From a virus (taxonomy: Duplodnaviria; Caudoviricetes): a DNA stretch of 64,000 bases. Positions 34,603 to 43,638 of this stretch are shown here, piece after piece; the stretch's first letter is position 1, and every line of letters begins with the position of its first letter. The stretch spans positions 12,344 to 76,343 of IMG/VR virus record IMGVR_UViG_3300033067_000833; one strand, given 5' to 3'. Under the pieces are notes generated by a model. That model searched no databases. It was not told the DNA's origin and was given only the letters and a program-made list of their open reading frames with translations. The position numbers were made by a program, and so were the translations under genes.

Positions 34603-35703
34603 TCAACCCTTCTTCTTGAGTTCTGAAACGTAACCCTTGGCCCAGTCCAAATCCTCTTGCGAGCATGCCGGGTTGTCCGGATCCTCGATCTCGTCCAGGA
34701 TCTTCTTCACGGCCGCCTCGCGCTGCAGCGGTGGCTCAAGCCACGCCTTGTCGATGGCCGCCTTGACGTGCTTGCGGATCGCCGCCGAACGCTCGCTGTC
34801 GTCGGCGGCTTGCTCCGGCTTCGTTTCTGCCTTCGACTTCTTGCTGCCCTTCAACTGCTCGGCCGTCCGCTCAGCCTTGCTCTTGCCGGCGTCCTCCGGG
34901 TCGGAAGGCTTCTGTTCGGCCAGATCGAAGTAGTCCTCCCGCTTGCCGATTCCGTCGTGCAGCGATTTATACACGCGCCGCAACGCCAGCAATTCATTTT
35001 CACTACAGGCGTCCAGCTTGTGTCCGAGACGACGCTCCAGCATCGCCGTATCCACTTGGAACGATTCCAAGAATGCAGCTGTCATCTTGCGCACACGAGC
35101 GTCGATCGGTTCCTTCGACCCTTCGCGAATCGTCTTGCGGGCCTGATCGACAGCCTCGTCAACAATATCCGCCGGAATAATATCCTCCAAGCACTTCCGC
35201 TCGCGGCGGGCCGCGTAGTTGGCGACGCACTCGTAGATGTCACGCTCGTCGGTCAGTAAGTACGCACCGCCCTTGCGCTCGGAGCGGTCACGGACATGCT
35301 TGACCTGAAACGTGACCTCCGCCCGAGCGTTCGTCTCCAAGTCCATCGCGTAGGCGATCACCGTGCTCTGGCCCAGCTTGCGTTCGATCTCCACCCAGCC
35401 GCTCTGGATGTTGCCCCATGCCGCCTTGACAGCACGCAAGCAATCAACGGACGGACCAACGATCTTTTGACCGCGGGTGTACTCATACTCCGCTGCCTCT
35501 GCTAGTCTCGGACGTTGGAATGATCGTCGAATACGCTCGATCGCCAAGTTTTCGTCGCGCGGGAACCGCTTGGCGACGATCATCGCACCCTCGACCTCCT
35601 TGGCGATCCTGACCGCAACGGCGTCGGCGGACTTCGGGGCCACGGCGACCACCGTGGATTGCTCGGTCGTGATCAGTTCGTTGCTGTCGTTGTCGTAGCT
35701 CAT
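34603..35703 (-). CDS. Putative single-strand annealing protein, partner of the exonuclease
   Basis: AMIVAKRFPRD...GPSV...AWGNI; adjacent to YqaJ. Confidence 0.55.
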   Translation of the reverse strand: MSYDNDSNELITTEQSTVVAVAPKSADAVAVRIAKEVEGAMIVAKRFPRDENLAIERIRRSFQRPRLAEAAEYEYTRGQKIVGPSVDCLRAVKAAWGNIQSGWVEIERKLGQSTVIAYAMDLETNARAEVTFQVKHVRDRSERKGGAYLLTDERDIYECVANYAARRERKCLEDIIPADIVDEAVDQARKTIREGSKEPIDARVRKMTAAFLESFQVDTAMLERRLGHKLDACSENELLALRRVYKSLHDGIGKREDYFDLAEQKPSDPEDAGKSKAERTAEQLKGSKKSKAETKPEQAADDSERSAAIRKHVKAAIDKAWLEPPLQREAAVKKILDEIEDPDNPACSQEDLDWAKGYVSELKKKG

Positions 35704-35915
35704 TGAATCACCTTTCTTGTGTCTTGGCTGCCGCACTTTCGGCAAAGAACACAGGGAGTCCTGTTGTCAGCATGCCATGCGACGTTTCTGCAGTCGTGAC
35801 AGATCCGCTCGTGAACTGTCGGCATGTCGGCAAGCATCTTTGACACTTGTGCTTCCAACCTGTCGATCTTACCCGCGCGTCCTGCCAGCACAAAATCTGT
35901 CTGCCGTTCCGACAT
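35700..35915 (-). CDS. Zn-ribbon protein
   Basis: CHDC...CRKCGS. Confidence 0.55.
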   Translation of the reverse strand: MSERQTDFVLAGRAGKIDRLEAQVSKMLADMPTVHERICHDCRNVAWHADNRTPCVLCRKCGSQDTRKVIQ

Positions 35916-36898
35916 CACTTCGGCACCTTCCTTTCGTACATGCGGACGTACTCGCTCGCCTTGACCATGTGTTCGGCGACTTGGATCTTCTTCCGGACCA
36001 TCTCCTTGCCGTCGCCAAGATCGACCGCGGCGGCGTCTCCCATCAGCCACTCCATCTTGCCCTTGGCGGCTTCCTTGGCAGCCTGAGCCTCTTTCTCGGC
36101 CGCCAGCGCCTGCTGGTACGCTTCCCGGGCGGTCAGAAACTCGTCGTCGGCCTGCTTGCGAATGTCGGCCGCGATCCCAAACAGGGCCTTGTTGATTTCG
36201 CGTGCCCTCGGGTGAGTCCAGTTCGGCTCGGGAGGGTCGGAGTTAATGATCCGCAATAGAAGCTCGGCAGACGCCTCGATGATCGCGTGGCACAGATCCT
36301 CGTTGCGCTCGATCGGGTACACCTTGATCCGCCGCTTCTCGACCTGGAACTGCACGACCTCCTGGTGGTCGGCGCCCATGACCAGCATCTGCTGCTGGGC
36401 TTGAATGAGAACATCGACCGGAACCTCGTCAGTCCCTTCGTCGCCCCACTTGGACGCCATGCGGAAGCCGGTGGACTTGGCGTCGATAGGGAACTTGGCA
36501 AGCGTGTGCCACTCAGGCCGTGGAATTTGGCCTCCAGGATCGCCGAGGATGTCCATCACCATCGCGTCTGGCGTCGCCGCCAGGAACCGATGGACCGGGT
36601 GGAACCACATCGGCTGCGGGTAATCAACGACGTGGCCCGTGGTCTCCGCGTACCGCCCGATGACGGCCGGCTCGATGGCACGCCCGAACCAGCGGTAGTC
36701 GTCGTCGGACTCGTCCTGCGGGTCCGTCTGCCACAGGTAGACGTGCGCTGGCGTGGCCCACTCGGAACAGCCGATGGTCGCCGCCGCATAGGACGCCGAC
36801 AGAATCACCGGGACTTCGCGGCCAGGATCGTAGGATCGCAGGGCGTACCACTCGGGCGTCAGCGGCATCGGGCCGCGGATGGGAATGTGCTTGAGCAT
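35915..36898 (-). CDS. YqaJ / lambda-exonuclease family protein
   Basis: EWYALR, SAS, ATPDA, DAKST, QAQQQM. Confidence 0.85.
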   Translation of the reverse strand: MLKHIPIRGPMPLTPEWYALRSYDPGREVPVILSASYAAATIGCSEWATPAHVYLWQTDPQDESDDDYRWFGRAIEPAVIGRYAETTGHVVDYPQPMWFHPVHRFLAATPDAMVMDILGDPGGQIPRPEWHTLAKFPIDAKSTGFRMASKWGDEGTDEVPVDVLIQAQQQMLVMGADHQEVVQFQVEKRRIKVYPIERNEDLCHAIIEASAELLLRIINSDPPEPNWTHPRAREINKALFGIAADIRKQADDEFLTAREAYQQALAAEKEAQAAKEAAKGKMEWLMGDAAAVDLGDGKEMVRKKIQVAEHMVKASEYVRMYERKVPK

Positions 36899-36905
36899 GG
36901 TTTGC

Positions 36906-37163
36906 TCACTCCTTCAGAAGTTCTGTTGGTTCGACTCCAAACGCCTTGGCCAAATCAGCCACCGTTCGCAGCGTCGGGATTGCCTTCCCTCTTTCCAGCC
37001 GATTCATCCACGACTGGAACCGGCCAAGCCGCTCGGCCAAGTCGTACTGAGTCCACTCGCGCTCCTTGCGCAAGCGGATCACGTTGGCCACCACGATTTC
37101 TTCGAGCGGCCTCGACTTCTTCCTTTTTTTTCCAGAGTTGGCGCTCGCGGAAACACGTTTCAC
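36906..37163 (-). CDS. XRE-family HTH regulator
   Basis: GTG start with GGAGG RBS; LRKEREWTQYDLAERLG..QSWMNRLERG. Confidence 0.85.
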   Translation of the reverse strand: MKRVSASANSGKKRKKSRPLEEIVVANVIRLRKEREWTQYDLAERLGRFQSWMNRLERGKAIPTLRTVADLAKAFGVEPTELLKE

Positions 37164-37380
37164 AGTAGGGCCTCCCGGATAAACGGCCGAACAGTTCCTG
37201 CAATCCATAGAACCTGGCGTCGGCCTTGTGCGCAAGTTCCACGCCGCACGCGGCGCAGTTGCAAATCTTGACGTTCTCGAAGTTCGGTTGTTGACGACGT
37301 GCGAAGTAAATTGCATCGCCAAGTTTACGTGGCTTTCGTGACATGCGAATCTCCGTGGTTGCCATCATCATATCTTGCAC
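36955..37380 (-). CDS. Zn-finger hypothetical protein overlapping the XRE gene
   Basis: CAACG...CETC; the C-terminal part may be shadow sequence. Confidence 0.45.
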   Translation of the reverse strand: MQDMMMATTEIRMSRKPRKLGDAIYFARRQQPNFENVKICNCAACGVELAHKADARFYGLQELFGRLSGRPYCETCFRERQLWKKKEEVEAARRNRGGQRDPLAQGARVDSVRLGRAAWPVPVVDESAGKREGNPDAANGG

Positions 37381-37394
37381 GTTAAGAACGTCAA
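37367..37394 (-). promoter_or_regulatory. Promoter TTGACG-N16-TATGAT
   Basis: Read directly in the AT-rich divergent region. Confidence 0.6.
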
Positions 37395-37494
37395 CGGTAA
37401 TTCACAGTGAAATTACAAAATAATCGCGACGCAATGTGTTGACAATGTGACAAACGCTTGATCGACGTGCGTTTGATTTCTTTCCGAATTGATG

Positions 37495-37522
37495 TTGACG
37501 CGCGCACACGCGAATATAAGAT
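37495..37522 (+). promoter_or_regulatory. Promoter TTGACG-N16-TAAGAT
   Basis: Read directly, upstream of the replication genes. Confidence 0.6.
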
Positions 37523-37587
37523 GTGGGCACTGAAACCCGCCGGCCCAAACCCTGCCGCTGGCTGTCGAACGAGAACGCTGGATATGC

Positions 37588-37596
37588 TTATCCACA
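37588..37596 (+). promoter_or_regulatory. Perfect DnaA box
   Basis: TTATCCACA, single copy. Confidence 0.35.
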
Positions 37597-37611
37597 ATCA
37601 CCGAAAATGCG

Positions 37612-37706
37612 AAGGTCCGCCCCCTGGTATTCCGGAGTCCGCAAGGCCCGGACGGCTGCTCTCGTCAGCCGCAGTAGTACCAGCGGGCGGACCTTTTTGT
37701 TTTTGG
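37612..37706 (+). terminator. Branched attenuator-like leader before the initiator gene
   Basis: AAGGTCCGCCC/GGGCGGACCTT and CTGGTA/TACCAG enclose two hairpins; U tract follows. Confidence 0.55.
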
Positions 37707-37718
37707 TGAGGTCAAATT

Positions 37719-38648
37719 ATGGCGCGACACCGCAAGATTGAAGTCCGCATGTGGGGAGACGAGAAGTTTCGCAGGCTTTCCAAGCCGGCCCCAAATGCAC
37801 AGTCTCTCTGGATTTACCTGATTTCCGGCCCGCACACAACCAGCATCCCAGGGCTGTACGTTGCTGGTGAAGCCGGCCTTTCTGAAGCACTTGGATGGCC
37901 GTTGAAAGCCTTTCGGGAAGCCTTTCAGGAACTCTTGTCGGAAGGCTTACTTTTGGCCGACTTTGATGCTCGTGTGATCTGGATCCCGAACACCATCAAG
38001 ATCAACCCCCCAGAGAACCCGAACGTTGTCAAAAGCTGGGGCGCTTACTGGGATGAAATCCCTGAATGCGAATTGAAAGTCGTTGCGTGGGAACGACTTA
38101 AAGGCTTCCTTGAAGGCTTTGGCAAAGGGTTTCACGATTCTTTCATAAAGGCTTGCCGAAAGCCTTTGGCAAAGGGTTTGGCAAAGGGTTTGGCGAATCA
38201 GGAGCAGGAACAGGAGCAGGAACAGGAGCAGAAAGAAGATAGCTCGGAGCCCGCGAGTACGCGGCAGTCCGAGCCGGTGACTTCATGGGTGTTTCCTGTC
38301 AATGGAAACCCTGTTGTCCCGGAGTGGGCGCTCCCAGCCAAGCTGTACCACGTTCTCAAAGAGTCCTACCCAGGCGTTAATCTGGACGAAGAACTCCGTA
38401 AGGCACGGGCGTGGTGTGAGGCTAATCCAAAGTCACGCAAGACGGCCGGAGGCATGTCACGGTTTCTGAACTCATGGATGTCCAGAAACCAGAACAACGG
38501 ACATTCAAATCCGCAACAAGTCAGAGCCATTTCACGAGTTACCCCAAGCACCGACGAAGTGAAGCGAGCCATCCAGGAGGAATTTGGTCATGTCAAGCAC
38601 CCGCTGTTCCGAGACGACGAACCTACTGGAGCGTCGGCTTCCGTTTGA
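37719..38648 (+). CDS. Phage replication initiator (lambda O / replisome-organiser-like)
   Basis: N-terminal wHTH-like region, internal iterons, poly-(EQ) linker, C-terminal FLNSW; directly upstream of DnaB. Confidence 0.8.
   Translation: MARHRKIEVRMWGDEKFRRLSKPAPNAQSLWIYLISGPHTTSIPGLYVAGEAGLSEALGWPLKAFREAFQELLSEGLLLADFDARVIWIPNTIKINPPENPNVVKSWGAYWDEIPECELKVVAWERLKGFLEGFGKGFHDSFIKACRKPLAKGLAKGLANQEQEQEQEQEQKEDSSEPASTRQSEPVTSWVFPVNGNPVVPEWALPAKLYHVLKESYPGVNLDEELRKARAWCEANPKSRKTAGGMSRFLNSWMSRNQNNGHSNPQQVRAISRVTPSTDEVKRAIQEEFGHVKHPLFRDDEPTGASASV
38100..38232 (+). repeat. Iteron-like repeats, probable replication origin
   Basis: TTTGGCAAAGGG x3 plus a partial copy, then CAGGAGCAGGAA repeats. 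Confidence 0.6.
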
Positions 38649-39948
38649 TCTGGACGCCGAGGAGCACTTGATCGCTGGCTGCCTGATCGAACCGTCCAAC
38701 ATCGACCGGATCGTCCTGTCCCAGCAGCAGTTCTTCGACTCCGGGCTCGGTGAGGCGTGGAATCTGCTCCAAGACATGCGGTCGTGTTCGGACCCCATCG
38801 ACGACATGGTGGCGATTGCGGCCCGGATGAAGACACGGGGAATCTGGGAAACGATCGGCGGGATGACTTGGCTCAAACGGATGTTCGAGCAAGGGTCGGT
38901 CCACAAGTGGCACTGCGAGTTCTACGCCAAGCAGATCGCCATGATGGCCAACTACCGGAAGCTCATTGCTATCGGTGGAGAAATCGTCAAAGCCGGATAC
39001 GACGCGACGAAAGATCCGGTGGCGATTGCCTCCAAGGCCCAAGCCGCCTTGATCGCCAGGCTTGAGACCGCGGACGACGTGCATCGCATCGGCGACACGA
39101 TCGACGACATGTTCGCCAAGCTCGACGACACGAAGCAGGATCGGCGCCGGGTGTTCACCGGCTTCCAGAAGTTCGACTTGGACTACGGCCCGATGATGTC
39201 CGGCGAGATGGTCGTGGTGGCGGCCAAGACCAGCATCGGGAAGACCGCGCTCATGGTTCAGATGGGACTGTACCACGCCGACATGAACCGCCCGGTCCTG
39301 TTCTGCTCCCTGGAGATGCCCCTGGAACAACTCCGGGATCGGATCTTCTGCGGGATCGCTGGTGTTCCATCGAACGACTTCCGCAGTGGACGATTGACGG
39401 CAAGCCAACGACAAGACTTGGAGCGTGCTGCCAGCAACTTCCGCCACAAGCCGTTCTACATCTGGAGCCCGCGTGGCGACAAGTCGCTCAACCGGATCTG
39501 TGCCAAGGCGCGCAGTGTCCAAGCCGACTTCAAGATCCAGTGCCTGTTCGTGGACTACCTGCAGAAGGTCCAACCGCCGGACACGCGGGGGAGCCGTGAG
39601 GAGCAGGTGGCCGCGATCTCCCGCGGCATCAAGGACATCGCCCTGGACCTGGACGTGCCGGTCGTGGTCGGGTGTCAGCTGAACCGGAAGGCCGACGAGG
39701 ACGGCGAGCCCGAACTGCACATGCTCCGTGAGTCGGGGGCGATCGAGCAAGACTCGGACATGGTGATGTTCGTCCACCGCAAGACAAGGCTCGACCGCGA
39801 AGGCAAGCTGATTGTGGCGAAGCATCGCTGCGGGACCACAGGTGCGATCGGCTTGAAGTTTGATCCGCTGCACCAAGTGTTTTCACTTGATCCACCAGCA
39901 AGACCAGTGGAAGATCAAGACGACCAGCAGCGTCTACGTGGGTTCTAA
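38584..39948 (+). CDS. dnaB: Replicative DNA helicase
   Basis: AAKTSIGKT, SLEM, VDYLQ, QLNR, LRESGAIEQDSD, KHRCG. Confidence 0.95.
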   Translation: MVMSSTRCSETTNLLERRLPFDLDAEEHLIAGCLIEPSNIDRIVLSQQQFFDSGLGEAWNLLQDMRSCSDPIDDMVAIAARMKTRGIWETIGGMTWLKRMFEQGSVHKWHCEFYAKQIAMMANYRKLIAIGGEIVKAGYDATKDPVAIASKAQAALIARLETADDVHRIGDTIDDMFAKLDDTKQDRRRVFTGFQKFDLDYGPMMSGEMVVVAAKTSIGKTALMVQMGLYHADMNRPVLFCSLEMPLEQLRDRIFCGIAGVPSNDFRSGRLTASQRQDLERAASNFRHKPFYIWSPRGDKSLNRICAKARSVQADFKIQCLFVDYLQKVQPPDTRGSREEQVAAISRGIKDIALDLDVPVVVGCQLNRKADEDGEPELHMLRESGAIEQDSDMVMFVHRKTRLDREGKLIVAKHRCGTTGAIGLKFDPLHQVFSLDPPARPVEDQDDQQRLRGF

Positions 39949-39951
39949 CGA

Positions 39952-42900
39952 CTACCGGAACGCGAACGAGTAGTTGGCCTGGTTCACAGTCCCGGACTTG
40001 GCTTCCTCGCGAAGCTGCTTCCGTTCCTTGTTGACGATCCCTTGCAGCGCCCGAAACTTGAGGGCCTGCTCGTACTTGGCCGGGTCCGTCACGCGGAGTC
40101 GTTCGAGTTGCTGCTCGGGGATGTAGTTGATGATCATGTCCCTGAGCCCGAACTGCTCCTTGCCGAGGACTCCCAACCGCTCTTGCATCATCGCCAAGCG
40201 AGCCCGCGGGCTGATCGTTGTGACCCGTGCCCCAGACAGCAGGTTGACCGCCTTTTCCAGCGGGTTCTTCCGCGGGTCCAGCAGCGTCCGCGTTGACGTG
40301 GCGTATCGGGACAGCGGCGAGTTCGACACCAGCTGCTCCAAGGCGGCCGGCAGCTTGGCGGGCAAAGGACGCTCGGCCAGCGCTTGCTTGTCGCCGGCCA
40401 AGTAGCGTAGGTACTGCGTGGCATTGGCGACTGTTCTCCCAAGGACCGGATCCAAATCGGTGATGTCTCGGCCGCCGGACGGCCCTTGCTGGAAGAACGA
40501 GCGGCCCGTGACCCACTCCGCCGGCCCTTTGAGGTACGGCGTCAACCGGCTGGCGGCTTCCAGGCCCATCGTGCGCGACGGGCTGCGGCCCCCGAAGAAC
40601 GCGAACAGATCCTCGTAGGGCATGCCCGTCGCCGAGAAGTACCGCACGTCTCCTTGGGGTGTGGTCCCCAGCGGAACGCTCAAGCCCTCGGAGACGTACT
40701 CCGGCGTCATCGCGTCCCGGCCGCCCATGCGGCTGCTGGCTTTGATCATCTGGGCCATGACGCCGCCGGGCTTGTCTTTGAGTGACCGCAACATCACCGG
40801 GGCCATGAGCCGGCTAAAGCTGTAGAACGGCATCAATCGCCGCATGTACGTTTTCTCAAACTGGGACAGTCCGTTGCGGTAGTCCAGCTGCAGGAACCGA
40901 ACCTTCTCCGCGGCCTCGGACGGAGAGAATCCTTTCGACTTCAGGTACAGGTACATCGGGACGCGGTTGTTCCACTCGACCAGATTGTTCGCCTTGGCCG
41001 ACGTGTTGACTCCAGTCTGCCACGCGGTCTGGATCTGCTTGACGCGGCGATCAAGGTTGGCGCCTTTCAAGGCGAGTGCGTCATCGGGAAGCCCGGCTGC
41101 AGCTTCACCGAGCGCGGACATGTTGGTCCATCCGGCCACGTCCTTGCGTGCGGTCGCCAAGCTGTCCTTGAAACCGAACGGGCTTTGGTTCAGCAGCCTC
41201 GGGTCTTTCGACATCGCCCCGGTGAACTCGACTCCCTCGGAACCGAACGCCGGGTCGATCACGCCTTCCAGCAGCATCTCGCGGATCGTCTTCTCATCGT
41301 GCCGCAGATCCCACGCGGTCTTGGCGTGCTTGACGTAGGAGGCAATGTCGGCCGGGCCGGCGATCTCACCCGACGCCGCCAAGTTGACGAACTGGCCGGA
41401 GTACCAGTTGCGAATCCAGTTGGCCGGGTGAGCGGTCACTCCGACTTTGAACGCCCGGTTCATGGTGTCGATGGCGTCACCGATCAGCGACTGGAATTCC
41501 GTGTTGGTCGAGGCTTCCATCATTCCGGCGGTGGCGTTGGCGAGATTGGCTGGGACTGCGAACTCCGCTGCGCGTGCAAGGTCTGGCGTGAACTGCTTCG
41601 TCGCCGCGTCGAACGAACCAATGCCGTATTGACGGGCGAAGTATTCGAGGGCTTTGTCCTTGTCGAGACCGGCCGTCTCAAACGCATCGCCCAGCTTCAT
41701 CAGTTCGTCGGAACGCCAGGAGCGCGTCTGCGCCCGCCGGCCCCAACGTCCGTTGCGGAACGTCCGCTTCCATGCGACCGGGTTCGGGACTCCGGCTCCA
41801 GAGAAGTCCTGCGCGAACTGCTTGAACGTCTCGTGGATCGCCTCCGCCGTCTTGTTCACCTTGAATTGCCCAAGCATGCTGTCCAGCTGGTCTTGGAGCG
41901 TCTGGCGGGTGAACAACTCCTGCGGCTTCTTGTGCTCATGCAGCCACTTGGCCAGGGCCTTGGAATGTCGCTCCAGGGACTTCGCTTCGCTCTGGGCGAT
42001 GGCCGCTGCCTTGGCTGCCTTTTCGGCCGGCGTGACCTCGGGCATCTTGGCGATATCGGCCAGTTCGTCGGCGGCGCCGTACTGATTGTCGAGCCACTGC
42101 CCGTAATTGGATCGCACGGCCGCCGCCGTCGCTACAAGGTCGGGGGACTGCTTGGCAGCCGCCCCAGCCGGCGGTGCGGTGAACTTGCGGATCTGTGGGT
42201 CAGAGACCATCGTGTTCACGACGCGCGTGTACAGGTCCGCGATCTCGGGCGACCGGCCGATCTGGCTTGGGCCAACAGTTCCCATCACACGACCGCCTCG
42301 CAAGGCTTCCAGCTTCAGCGACTGGATCGCTGGTTGATCCAGAAAGCGTGGTGCATACGTTTCGATCCATCCGATCTTGCCGCCCATGTTCACAAGGTGA
42401 TCGCGTGTCGCCGTGTTCAGGTCGGCAATCTTCTTCGCGAAGTTCAGCGTCTCGGCCTCCATCGGCAATCGCTGGCCGGTCGCACCAAGCGTCCCTGCTG
42501 CCAGGCCCATGCGTTGCTCGGCGGCCTCTCGAACCATCTGGATTCCTTCGGCGTACTCCGTCGGCCGCGGTTGCTGCTTGCCAAGGAATTCCTCGCTGAA
42601 CCGGATTGCGTCGTCGGCCAGTGAGGCAATGTCCTCGTCGGCCAGCCCGGACGTACCAAATGCCTTCCGGTATCCATCAACGATCGTCTTGGCCTCGTCG
42701 GCGAGTTCAATGGCCTTGTAGCGGGCATCGCGTCGGGCGCCCGGCAGCAAGGCATGACGGACACTGGCGATCTTCTGGCGGAACTCTGGAAAGAATCCGC
42801 CGGCCGAAGCGTCAAAGGCGGCCCGCATCGCTCGCACCGGCGCCGTCCGCCCAAGGGCAGCGCCAGCCGTGTCGAGCGCGCCTGCCAGCGGCAAACCGAT

Positions 42901-43623
42901 CGACTCCGGCAGCATGTTGCGGGAGCCAAGAACTTCACCCCGCAAGGCATCGACGGTCGTTCCCATCTTGGCAGCGGCAGTCTCAGCGGCCTGGAGCTTG
43001 AGGGCAGCGTCATCAGCCTCGCGCACGAAACCACCGGCACGAAGCTGGCTGATCTCCGCTTGCGTTGGAGTGAGGTCTCCAAGCGTCCTGGTCATCCGTC
43101 CAACTCCACGCCCCATTCCTGGCTCCAGGAACGTGTCCAGCGTGCGCAGAAGCCCGGATCGCTCTGCCACCTTGCCGGCCTGCGACAAGCGTGAGACGCC
43201 CGGCAGGCCCGTCCACGTCAGCGGGTCCGTGGCGATGGCCGCCGCCGTACCGCCCAGGAAGCTCCAGACCGGGTGCTGCTTGCGGAATTGCGGGGACAGC
43301 ACGCCGAACCGTTGGAGCATGTCCTCGGGGCTTGTCCGGTTTTGGCCGCTGGTCCAGTTCCACGGCGCCCACTGGTCGAACGGGTTCTCGCCGGACAGGA
43401 TGTCCCGGATGCTAGATCCAGGCAGGTCGAGCACGTTGCCGGCCTTGGCGAGCCCGGACAGGCCCACGTCCACGGCGGAGCGGAGCAGGGACTGCTCGTC
43501 CTCGGGGGAGAGTTCTGGGGAGTCCGGCTGCTGGATTCCGTACTGTGGTTGACGCTGTGCGTACAGATCGTCAAAGCGGAACGCGATCGGTGCCGCGCGA
43601 AACGGCGAGTTGAAGGTTGCCAT
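39952..43623 (-). CDS. Large internal virion / DNA-ejection-like protein (1223 aa)
   Basis: Helical, Ala-rich; C-terminal FEKTYMRRLMPFYSF region typical of large virion proteins. Confidence 0.6.
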   Translation of the reverse strand: MATFNSPFRAAPIAFRFDDLYAQRQPQYGIQQPDSPELSPEDEQSLLRSAVDVGLSGLAKAGNVLDLPGSSIRDILSGENPFDQWAPWNWTSGQNRTSPEDMLQRFGVLSPQFRKQHPVWSFLGGTAAAIATDPLTWTGLPGVSRLSQAGKVAERSGLLRTLDTFLEPGMGRGVGRMTRTLGDLTPTQAEISQLRAGGFVREADDAALKLQAAETAAAKMGTTVDALRGEVLGSRNMLPESIGLPLAGALDTAGAALGRTAPVRAMRAAFDASAGGFFPEFRQKIASVRHALLPGARRDARYKAIELADEAKTIVDGYRKAFGTSGLADEDIASLADDAIRFSEEFLGKQQPRPTEYAEGIQMVREAAEQRMGLAAGTLGATGQRLPMEAETLNFAKKIADLNTATRDHLVNMGGKIGWIETYAPRFLDQPAIQSLKLEALRGGRVMGTVGPSQIGRSPEIADLYTRVVNTMVSDPQIRKFTAPPAGAAAKQSPDLVATAAAVRSNYGQWLDNQYGAADELADIAKMPEVTPAEKAAKAAAIAQSEAKSLERHSKALAKWLHEHKKPQELFTRQTLQDQLDSMLGQFKVNKTAEAIHETFKQFAQDFSGAGVPNPVAWKRTFRNGRWGRRAQTRSWRSDELMKLGDAFETAGLDKDKALEYFARQYGIGSFDAATKQFTPDLARAAEFAVPANLANATAGMMEASTNTEFQSLIGDAIDTMNRAFKVGVTAHPANWIRNWYSGQFVNLAASGEIAGPADIASYVKHAKTAWDLRHDEKTIREMLLEGVIDPAFGSEGVEFTGAMSKDPRLLNQSPFGFKDSLATARKDVAGWTNMSALGEAAAGLPDDALALKGANLDRRVKQIQTAWQTGVNTSAKANNLVEWNNRVPMYLYLKSKGFSPSEAAEKVRFLQLDYRNGLSQFEKTYMRRLMPFYSFSRLMAPVMLRSLKDKPGGVMAQMIKASSRMGGRDAMTPEYVSEGLSVPLGTTPQGDVRYFSATGMPYEDLFAFFGGRSPSRTMGLEAASRLTPYLKGPAEWVTGRSFFQQGPSGGRDITDLDPVLGRTVANATQYLRYLAGDKQALAERPLPAKLPAALEQLVSNSPLSRYATSTRTLLDPRKNPLEKAVNLLSGARVTTISPRARLAMMQERLGVLGKEQFGLRDMIINYIPEQQLERLRVTDPAKYEQALKFRALQGIVNKERKQLREEAKSGTVNQANYSFAFR

Positions 43624-43638
43624 GCGATGCTCCTGGTG

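Noticed and set aside
37120-37140. Programmed frameshift at the A8 run fusing the Zn-finger ORF to the XRE HTH
   Set aside because: The HTH has its own GTG at 37163 with a well-spaced GGAGG, so no shift is needed.
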